NCBI GenBank assembly: GCA_051747805.1
Contig: JBNJGP010000074.1
Location: forward strand, 1 to 13,503
Direction of reading: 5' to 3'
DNA: 13,503 bases
DNA from: Candidatus Muiribacteriota bacterium
GTDB taxonomy: Bacteria > Muiribacteriota > Muiribacteriia > Muiribacteriales > Muiribacteriaceae
Positions 1 to 6,898 of the stretch are shown piece by piece (position 1 is the first letter of the stretch; every line of letters begins with the position of its first letter). A model generated the notes under the pieces. The model was not told the origin of the DNA. It worked only from the letters and a program-made list of their open reading frames with translations, and ran no database searches. The position numbers were made by a program, and so were the translations under genes.

Positions 1-2
1 TA

Positions 3-431
3 ATTGATATTGCTTTTAAGAGAGTTTCAGGTGCAGAGATGGAAACTGCAGATTCTGTCAATGTTTTCAAAGAAAGTGGAATTGAAAATGATTGCAGGGG
101 TAATAGTAAAAATGCTCAGATAACAATTTTATCATTGGAAAGCTGGGAAGATGTCTGCAAAGAAGTGAATAAAAATCTGGACTGGAAAGTTCGTCGGGTA
201 AATCTTTTAATTAAAGGAGTTAATTTAGAAAATTCTACAGGTAAATGTTTAAGAATTGGAAATGAAGTTGCTCTGAAAATTACTGGTGAATGCAAGCCAT
301 GTAATAGAATGGAAAATGAAGTAGAAGGATTATATAATGCTCTTAAATCTAATTGGCGGGGTGGAGCAGAAGCTGTGGTTTTAACACCCGGAAAAATCCA
401 AAAAGGTGATATTATTTCTTATATTAATTGA
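3..431 (+). CDS. MOSC domain-containing protein (YiiM-like), 5'-truncated by the window edge
   Basis: The frame is open from base 3 (IDIAFKRVSGAE-METADS...), so the true start is probably upstream of the window. Motifs GIENDCRG, QITILS, RRVNLLIKG, LRIG, ITGECKPCNRM and NWRGG...VLTPGKIQKGD match the MOSC pattern. Confidence 0.88.
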   Translation: MDIAFKRVSGAEMETADSVNVFKESGIENDCRGNSKNAQITILSLESWEDVCKEVNKNLDWKVRRVNLLIKGVNLENSTGKCLRIGNEVALKITGECKPCNRMENEVEGLYNALKSNWRGGAEAVVLTPGKIQKGDIISYIN

Positions 432-702
432 TGAAAATCTGGGGTTTTAGGTTTCTGAGATGTTTGTTGGGGTTAAGTCATTGATTTTGCAAATGTTTAA
501 ATGGATTTTGTTTAATTCTCTTTTTTTTCTTTGGAATTTTTTGACAACTTTTTGTTAAAATAATTTCATTTATGTTAATATATATTTATGGAAGAATACA
601 TTATTAGTGAATATAAAAATAATTTTATAAAAAGAGAAAATGAAAGTAAGGAGATTTTAGAAAATAAAATGTGTTAATATATTTTTAATATAGGATTATA
701 TT

Positions 703-1635
703 ATGATAGATATTACAGAAATAAAATCTTTTCAAGAATACGAAGAAAATCACTTAAAAAAAGGCATATATTTATATATTTCAAGTTTGATTTTATTTAT
801 TTTTATGGTAGGAAATTTATTTCCAATTGTTTTTTTGATTATCGGAACTTTTTTTTTATTAAAAGGTAAACAAATTGGCAGATATAAAACATGGGAAGAT
901 AGAGATAAAAAGTTTAAGTCAAAAAGTGTGAAATTATATCTCAATAAAAAACAGCTGCCTTTTGAAAGTTTTATTCCTGGAATTATTTGTTATTCTGTCG
1001 GAGCTATTATTTATTCATATATATCAATACTATTTGGTAGTATTTTAGTTACCGGTGGCTTTTTTTTAATTATCTGGAATTATGGTTATTCACCTAGTGA
1101 TAGAGAATTTGATAATTATTTAAATGAATTTATTGATGAAATTGTTAATAAAAAATCTTTAGCTGATTTTAATCTTAAAAAAGAAGATTTTATTTATCCA
1201 TCTTTTTTTCTTATTGCGCCTTATTCACAAACTATTATGGGTGTTCCTTTTGTTTTTAGAAAAGGTGATGATTTTAAAGTTAGATATAATCCGGTTTGTA
1301 TTTCAGTAATTCACTGTGGGAAAGAAGAAATTTTTACCTATGAGACGGTAGTAGACCTTGTGGAAGAAGATTTTTTTAATACAAATTCAGACAGGTATTT
1401 AATTTCCAGAATAGATTTTATAGGTATTAAAAAAGATACTTGTTTTTTTCAGGGATATCCGAGTTTTAAAGAAAAAATTTCAAATGCAGATTATTTTTTA
1501 ATTAAAGAGGGAATTTCTACAGAATTCAAAATGTTTTTAGGAGCTTCAAGGTTAAATGAAATTATGAAAGGTAATGTTCCTAAAAAAGCGAATAATGATA
1601 AGATAAATCAATTTTTAAAATTTCTTGATAAATAA
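703..1635 (+). CDS. Hypothetical membrane protein (about 4 N-terminal TM helices plus a soluble C-terminal domain)
   Basis: 310-aa ORF with AGGA upstream of the ATG. Hydrophobic stretches lie at about aa 22-53 and 90-125. Family not recognised. Confidence 0.8.
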   Translation: MIDITEIKSFQEYEENHLKKGIYLYISSLILFIFMVGNLFPIVFLIIGTFFLLKGKQIGRYKTWEDRDKKFKSKSVKLYLNKKQLPFESFIPGIICYSVGAIIYSYISILFGSILVTGGFFLIIWNYGYSPSDREFDNYLNEFIDEIVNKKSLADFNLKKEDFIYPSFFLIAPYSQTIMGVPFVFRKGDDFKVRYNPVCISVIHCGKEEIFTYETVVDLVEEDFFNTNSDRYLISRIDFIGIKKDTCFFQGYPSFKEKISNADYFLIKEGISTEFKMFLGASRLNEIMKGNVPKKANNDKINQFLKFLDK

Positions 1636-1639
1636 CTTT

Positions 1640-1727
1640 AGTTTAGCAAATTTTCTTAAAAAGCTGAAAGCTTTTTACTTTTCTGTAGGCCTGACCACAA
1701 AAGTCTTTTAAAAAAATTTGCTAAACT
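1640..1727. repeat. Intergenic inverted-repeat element with nested hairpins (possible terminator, REP-like or MITE-like element)
   Basis: Perfect 15-bp arms AGTTTAGCAAATTTT (1640-1654) and AAAATTTGCTAAACT (1713-1727). Inside are AAAAAGCT-GAA-AGCTTTTT and ACTTTT...AAAAGT. Bases 1661-1698 match the reverse complement of 13401-13438 at 35/38. Confidence 0.8.
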
Positions 1728-1772
1728 CAAATAAAGAATAAAATCTAATATGATAATTATTTTATTTTGAAT

Positions 1773-1801
1773 TTGATTATAAAACAAATTTGTTATAAAA
1801 T
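1773..1801 (+). promoter_or_regulatory. Putative sigma70 promoter of the lipoprotein gene
   Basis: TTGATT (1773-1778), 17 nt, TAAAAT (1796-1801). The spacer holds the palindrome AACAAATTTGTT (1783-1794). AT-rich context lowers specificity. Confidence 0.4.
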
Positions 1802-1835
1802 ATAATTATTATTCAAAAATTTTGGGGGTAAACTC

Positions 1836-4235
1836 ATGAAATCAACCATAAAATTCCTTCTAATTGTTATAATTATACCATATATATTATTTGTGGGATG
1901 TAAAAACAGGGTAGACGAAAGTTTTTCACAAAGCACAACATTACAGTCTGGTCTTGCAATACAGGTAGAGTGGCCTGAACCACCGTCACATATAAATGCT
2001 GCCCCGCCGGACTATCTTAATATTGGTACGATAGAAGTTTTACTTGTGAATAAAACTCATTTTAATAAATATTTCCAAGAACACGCCTATACTGAAAATG
2101 ATGTACCTGATGAAACAAATGATCTCTCTACAGAGGAAATAAGATATATTCTTGAAGACTTTAAACATTCAGCTTCATATTATGAAAGTTTACAAAATAA
2201 TGATGAAGAACCGGAGTTTGAATTTGATTATAATTACATATTTAACAAATATGATGTAAAAGATGGGAGCGATAACAGAAATGGTGTAAAGATTGAAAAT
2301 ATAAATACCGGGGAATACTACATATATATAGCAGCTTTAGATAAAACTCATTATGAACAGCTGAATATTTTTCATATAAAGCAAGGTTTAGAATTTGAAG
2401 ATGGAAAAGTAACATTTTTAGAAATAAAATCCAATGACTGGATACATACAACATTTTATAATCCAATTACAAATGTAAATGAAATAAACAGGGGAAATAC
2501 AACTTATGAAACAGATGATGATGAATTAGAATCTTTTGAGGCGGGCACAGAAATAATATTTACAGCAAATGCGAATTCTGGATATAAATTAACAAACTGG
2601 GCAGGGGATGTTGAGCATATAATAGAAGGAACAGTTGAGGATAATCAGATAATTGTAAAACTGCCAATGTCTGATATTAACTTAACAGCAAACTTTGAAG
2701 TAGATACGGAAGAGATATATACATTAAATGTGAATAAATCAATAGATGCGGCAGGAGATGTTACAGCACCGGCAGATTACAATGCGGAAGAGGAAATAAC
2801 AATAAGCACAAGTGTAAATGCGGGATATACATTTAACGGCTGGACAGGTGATACGGCGATAATAGATGAATTTTTAGATAATACATTTGATACAAATTCA
2901 ACAACAAATACAGTTAAAATGCCAAATCAGTCAATAGAGCTCACAGCCAATTACACAATAAACCAATATAATGTAGTATTGAGTGCTGACCCGGCTGCAG
3001 GTGGAATTCCGAGCGGAGCTGGAACATATGATTATAATGAATCAGTAACAATAAATGCAGGATTGAATCCAGGTTATACATTTTTAAACTGGACTGGCGA
3101 TACAGCACATCTTGATAATCCGGATAATGCAACAACAACAATAACAGTGCCAGCAGACAATGTAACAGTACAGGCAAACTTTGAAGTAGATTCAGCACAG
3201 ACATTTGCTTTATCATTAAATCAATTACCGTCAATTGAAATGGGAGAAGCTCAAGATTTAACAGAAACACAACCATATAATGTAGAGGACGAAGTAGAAT
3301 TATTAGCTGTACCAAACACATTGAAAGAAAAATATTATTCACATTTATTTGATAGATGGGAAGGAGATACACAATATATTACAACTGGTAGTGAAACAAC
3401 AGAAAATATCACAATAACAATGCCAGCTTCAGATATAAGTTTAACAGCAATATTTAAAAGAGAGGTAGAAGTATTTGTAGAAGCAGGCAGTTATACTCGT
3501 GGAAATACAAGAGGGGAAGGTGATTCAGTCGAAGAGCCAACTCATGAAGTAATATTAACCCATAATTTTTATATAAGTAAATACGAGGTAACTTATGAGT
3601 TATATGATTTATCGTCTTTAAACCGTGGGACCGCAGAATATGGAGAAGGACAGAGACCTGTAATTAATGTAACCTGGTATGAAGCAATAGAGTTTGCAGA
3701 CTGGTTATCTCAGCAGCATGGTTTAGAGCAAGTATATGGTGGTGGACCGTATGATAATAGTGCTACACAAAACCTTGATGCAAATGGATATAGATTGCCA
3801 ACAGAAGCGGAATGGGAATATGCAGCTCGTGGTGGACATTTAAATCCACATATACCAGGGGATACAAGTACAGATTATTTATATGCAGGGTCAGATAATG
3901 CAGACGATGTTGGTTGGCATTCAGGTAATTCCGGTAGTGAAACAAAAATAGTAGGTCAAAAACTTCCAAATGAACTTGGATTATTTGATATGTCAGGAAA
4001 TGTACAGGAATGGGTATGGGACTGGAATTCAGCTGAAAACAATTACAGTGTGTATCCAGGAACAGGTGGAGCAACAGATCCAACAGGCCCCTCTTCGGGC
4101 TCAAGTCGTATCGTTCGTGGCGGTTCCTGGTTTTTAACTAATTACAATATGCGTGTGTCTCATCGTGGCGGTTCCGGTCCAGGAAGTGTGTTCAATTTCT
4201 TCGGGATGCGCCTTGTGAGGACCTGCTCAGACTAA
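1836..4235 (+). CDS. Surface lipoprotein with four divergent InlB B-like repeats and a C-terminal FGE-sulfatase (SUMF1/CLec-fold) domain; candidate DGR target
   Basis: Signal peptide with lipobox LFVG-C22. Four repeats with a GY-x-F/L-xx-W-x-GD...P..D..LTANF pattern. FGE motifs PTHEV, YISKYEVT, RPVINVTWYEA, GYRLPTEAEWEYAARGG, PNELGLFDMSGNVQEWVWD, RIVRGGSW and GMRLVR. Confidence 0.9.
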   Translation: MKSTIKFLLIVIIIPYILFVGCKNRVDESFSQSTTLQSGLAIQVEWPEPPSHINAAPPDYLNIGTIEVLLVNKTHFNKYFQEHAYTENDVPDETNDLSTEEIRYILEDFKHSASYYESLQNNDEEPEFEFDYNYIFNKYDVKDGSDNRNGVKIENINTGEYYIYIAALDKTHYEQLNIFHIKQGLEFEDGKVTFLEIKSNDWIHTTFYNPITNVNEINRGNTTYETDDDELESFEAGTEIIFTANANSGYKLTNWAGDVEHIIEGTVEDNQIIVKLPMSDINLTANFEVDTEEIYTLNVNKSIDAAGDVTAPADYNAEEEITISTSVNAGYTFNGWTGDTAIIDEFLDNTFDTNSTTNTVKMPNQSIELTANYTINQYNVVLSADPAAGGIPSGAGTYDYNESVTINAGLNPGYTFLNWTGDTAHLDNPDNATTTITVPADNVTVQANFEVDSAQTFALSLNQLPSIEMGEAQDLTETQPYNVEDEVELLAVPNTLKEKYYSHLFDRWEGDTQYITTGSETTENITITMPASDISLTAIFKREVEVFVEAGSYTRGNTRGEGDSVEEPTHEVILTHNFYISKYEVTYELYDLSSLNRGTAEYGEGQRPVINVTWYEAIEFADWLSQQHGLEQVYGGGPYDNSATQNLDANGYRLPTEAEWEYAARGGHLNPHIPGDTSTDYLYAGSDNADDVGWHSGNSGSETKIVGQKLPNELGLFDMSGNVQEWVWDWNSAENNYSVYPGTGGATDPTGPSSGSSRIVRGGSWFLTNYNMRVSHRGGSGPGSVFNFFGMRLVRTCSD
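2530..3456 (+). repeat. Four intragenic ~75-90 aa InlB B-like repeats (boundaries approximate)
   Basis: Cores GYKLTNWAGD, GYTFNGWTGD, GYTFLNWTGD and HLFDRWEGD; ends LTANF, LTANY, VQANF and LTAIF. The 18-mer GCAAACTTTGAAGTAGAT is identical at 2688-2705 and 3174-3191. Confidence 0.8.
4086..4232 (+). other. Putative DGR variable region (VR) at the 3' end of the CLec-fold gene
   Basis: 78/147 nt are G+C (53%, hand count) in an otherwise A-rich gene, and only 5 of 49 codons end in A. Codons at the usually variable positions nearly all end in C/T. No TR or RT is in the window. Confidence 0.5.
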
Positions 4236-4336
4236 TGCATCGGTTTGACCCATTATTTCCTTCAAAAAAAAATAAAAAAATCAACAAACCAAAAAAAGTA
4301 TTATGGGGTTCTTGACATTTAATTAGCTAAATAAAT

Positions 4337-5332
4337 TTAAGGTTTTACTAATTCAACTCTTCGATTAAGAGCACGCCCTTCTTTAGTATAATTTGAAGCT
4401 TTAGGAGCTAAAAATGCTACCCCGTGGGCTTTAATTCTTTTCGCTTCAACACCATAATCATCAACTAAAGTTTTTACAACCGCTTCTGCTCTGCTGGTAG
4501 AAAGATTCATATTAAACTCCAAGCTTCCTTTGCTATCAGTATGTCCTACCACATAAAATTTAGAATCCGATTCGTCTTTAAGAAAATTTGAAATTTTTGT
4601 TAATGCTTTTTCTGACTCAGATTTTATATCTGCTTTGCCTGTATCAAAATAAATATTATGAATAGAAACTGACCCTTTTTCTTCCATTTCCGTTGCCATA
4701 TTGTTAAGATTTACATTAATTAAATCTTCATCAGGGGACCCAGCTTCTATGATATCAAGTTGGATTCCAATACCATCATTGTCTTTTGTTGTAGTTAATG
4801 ATACATAAATGTCATTGAGATTCTCATTTCTTTCTGTTAATTCAGCAGAAAGGTATCTAAAATCTTTTTCGGAAATTGCTAATTTATGAGCTTCACCAGG
4901 TAAAGGATTAATATCCCGATTGTATAAATTAATTGTCCAGCGCCAGCTCAATTCTTTATTAGAGCCAGAAAATATGATGTCAAAACCGGCTTTTTTTAAT
5001 GCTGATTTATAATTATTAAATATTTCTAGAGTTGAAGTATCTTTAGGTGCTTCGTAAGTTATTCTAGTTATATCACCTTCTATAATCTTGCTGTCTAACC
5101 GTTGCCCTTCATCATTTAGCTTTCCAATATTCTCGCCAGTTGGGAAAATATATTTATCAGATTTTTTTGTTTCAAAATGTCTGATTATTGAATCAGGAAA
5201 ACGTGAAATCAAAGGATGATCTTGAGCTCCTTCCGTATCTTTTTTATGACCAGAACCTAAAACAGAAGTGGGCAGAGAAATTAATAGAATAATCATTAAA
5301 ATGAAAACTAAAATTCTACTTTTCATTAACAT
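4337..5332 (-). CDS. Exported DUF4892-like + OmpA_C (peptidoglycan-binding) domain protein
   Basis: AGGAGG RBS 9 nt upstream, a signal peptide, N-terminal DTEGAQDHPLISRFPDS, and C-terminal IYFDTGKA, VVGHTD, NMNLSTSRAEAV and GRALNRRVEL. Confidence 0.9.
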   Translation of the reverse strand: MLMKSRILVFILMIILLISLPTSVLGSGHKKDTEGAQDHPLISRFPDSIIRHFETKKSDKYIFPTGENIGKLNDEGQRLDSKIIEGDITRITYEAPKDTSTLEIFNNYKSALKKAGFDIIFSGSNKELSWRWTINLYNRDINPLPGEAHKLAISEKDFRYLSAELTERNENLNDIYVSLTTTKDNDGIGIQLDIIEAGSPDEDLINVNLNNMATEMEEKGSVSIHNIYFDTGKADIKSESEKALTKISNFLKDESDSKFYVVGHTDSKGSLEFNMNLSTSRAEAVVKTLVDDYGVEAKRIKAHGVAFLAPKASNYTKEGRALNRRVELVKP

Positions 5333-5488
5333 ATAAATTTTCCTCCTATATATAATTTTTTTTCTCTTATATATTATAATAATTTATAATAGTTGAAAAA
5401 ACAAGACCTTATTATGGTTTCAATTATTATAAATTGGAAAATAATTGATTGATTTTTTCTTTGTATAGATGTAATATAATTTAATTAT

Positions 5489-5667
5489 ATGAATTTACCA
5501 AAAAATAAAAATTATAAAAAAATAAATATTGAAAAATTAATTGATAAAATAGGACCAGCCAGAATTTTAATATTTGGTTATATTTTCTGTTTAATAATAA
5601 ATCATTGAACATATTAGAACGACTCTGGGCTTCAAATTTTCATTCGGTTTCAGCTTTTTGTACTGGT
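5489..5667 (+). pseudogene. Remnants of a TrkH/KtrB-family potassium uptake membrane subunit
   Basis: From ATG 5489 the frame reads ...KIGPARILIFGY, like the KtrB N-terminus. Another frame from about 5578 reads LYFLFNNKSLNILERLWASNFHSVSAFCTG, matching the FHS[IV]SAFC[NT]AGF pore-loop motif. The sequence normally between and after these is missing. Confidence 0.6.
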
Positions 5668-5978
5668 GTACTATCACATACCCTTGAGGCTGATAACACA
5701 AAAATATATACAGCTTAAAATGGTCATAAAGCTCTAAAAGTATTAAAAATTTATAAAATTGATATTATATTACTGGATATAAAAATGCCAGATATGGATG
5801 GTATTAAAACATTAAAAAAAATTAATCAGTTAAATAAAAATATAAATAATATAATGAAAAATGAAGAATGAATAATTAAGAATTAATAATGAAAAATGAT
5901 GGAAATATAGACAATGCAGTAGAAAGTATGAAACTTGGAGCAGTAGATTTTGTGTTATCCAAAAATCAGATTATTTAA
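5668..5978 (+). pseudogene. Disrupted response-regulator receiver domain (NtrC/AtoC-like)
   Basis: Reads VLSHTLEADNTKIYTA*NGHKALKVLK...IDIILLDIKMPDMDGIKTLKKI with an in-frame TAA at 5716-5718. After a heptamer repeat and frameshift it continues GNIDNAVESMKLGAVDFV. No start codon region and no output domain. Confidence 0.8.
5853..5901 (+). repeat. Seven-copy heptamer tandem repeat, consensus AAT[GT]AAN
   Basis: AATGAAA AATGAAG AATGAAT AATTAAG AATTAAT AATGAAA AATGATG. Confidence 0.8.
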
Positions 5979-6020
5979 AGCAAATAACTGTCATATGCAT
6001 TTCTTAGAATGCGAATTCCG

Positions 6021-6040
6021 GAGACCTGACCCCAAATTTT
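6021..6040 (-). repeat. REP-like GGGGTCAGGTCT motif directly after the korB stop
   Basis: The minus strand reads TAA-AAAATTTGGGGTCAGGTCTC. Degenerate relatives are at 434-455, 469-480, 4242-4252 (-), 4305-4316 and 13361-13377. Confidence 0.55.
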
Positions 6041-6898
6041 TTATCTAAAACTATTTATAAGATTTTTTAACTTAGAAACATCTCTATTTCTTTCGGTCAA
6101 GGCAATGTCATTAGCATCAGTATAGAAACCATCTCTTTTTCTGAAGACAGTCATTTCTTTTTTATAAAGTATACCAAGGGATAGTTTCTGTTTATCTCGG
6201 GAGATAGAGAAGGCTTTTTCAATATCTGATTTATCATGATTGTTTATCCAGTATGTATTTTCTTTATACCATGCAAGATTGTTATTTTTATTGAAACTGA
6301 CACATGGATGCAAAAAATCCACCAGAGCGTAACCTGGGTATTCTATAGCCTGTTTCAGGACTTCTGCGCTTTTTTTTGTATCTGTGGTACAAACACGGGC
6401 AACAAAACCTGCACCGTTAGAAAGGGCTGTACCTATTGGATCAAAAGGTTCAATAAAATATCCATTGACCTGCACTGTGGTTTTAACGCCTTTCATTGTT
6501 GTTGGAGATCCCTGTCCTTTTGTAAGACCATATATCATATTGTTATGTACAATATTCGTTATATCTGGATTTCTTCTTATAGTGTGTAGAAAATGATTGC
6601 CTCCTTCACCATATGTGCAACCATCACCTGATTCAGCGATTACGGTAAGAGCTGAATTAGATGCTTTAACGGCTGTAGCCACCGGAAGACTTCGGCCATG
6701 TAGTCCATTGAAGTAATTGCATTTAATATACTGAGGCATTTTTGCGGCCTGACCTATACCGGAACATATTACAACCTGTTCTGGAGTTAGCCCCGAATCT
6801 TCAAGTGTATCCAAAAGTGTCTTTCTAATCATGAAGTTTCCGCATCCCGGACACCATGCAATATCTATTTTTCTTTCCATATCAAATATATTACTCAT
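6041..6898 (-). CDS. korB: 2-oxoacid:ferredoxin oxidoreductase beta subunit (TPP-binding)
   Basis: Motifs WCPGCG, SGIGQA, GLHGR, GDG...GEGGNH...NN.IYGLTKGQ.SPT and PCVSFN. Start moved to ATG 6898, which follows GGAGG (6904-6908) and overlaps the korA end by 8 nt. Substrate specificity cannot be determined here. Confidence 0.92.
   Translation of the reverse strand: MSNIFDMERKIDIAWCPGCGNFMIRKTLLDTLEDSGLTPEQVVICSGIGQAAKMPQYIKCNYFNGLHGRSLPVATAVKASNSALTVIAESGDGCTYGEGGNHFLHTIRRNPDITNIVHNNMIYGLTKGQGSPTTMKGVKTTVQVNGYFIEPFDPIGTALSNGAGFVARVCTTDTKKSAEVLKQAIEYPGYALVDFLHPCVSFNKNNNLAWYKENTYWINNHDKSDIEKAFSISRDKQKLSLGILYKKEMTVFRKRDGFYTDANDIALTERNRDVSKLKNLINSFR

Noticed and set aside
541..570. TTGACA at 541-546 as the -35 box for the 703 gene
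   Set aside because: There is no convincing -10 hexamer at 16-18 nt spacing.
750..944. 64-aa minus-strand ORF
   Set aside because: Antisense shadow within the 703-1635 CDS, with no recognisable motif.
1684..1694. TGTAGGCCTGA resembling the start of an enterobacterial GTAG REP
   Set aside because: The match is only 11 nt, the REP palindrome does not follow, and the second copy reads TGTCGGCTTGA, losing GTAG.
2242..4104. Minus-strand ORFs 2242-2466, 2941-3372 and 3763-4104
   Set aside because: Antisense to the well-supported lipoprotein gene. Their Leu/His-rich composition is what its A-rich codons give on the reverse strand.
4261..4300. A-rich tract as an intrinsic terminator or DGR hairpin
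   Set aside because: No strong GC stem lies next to the A/T runs. The only pairing is a weak, distant one between 4247-4256 and 4300-4310.
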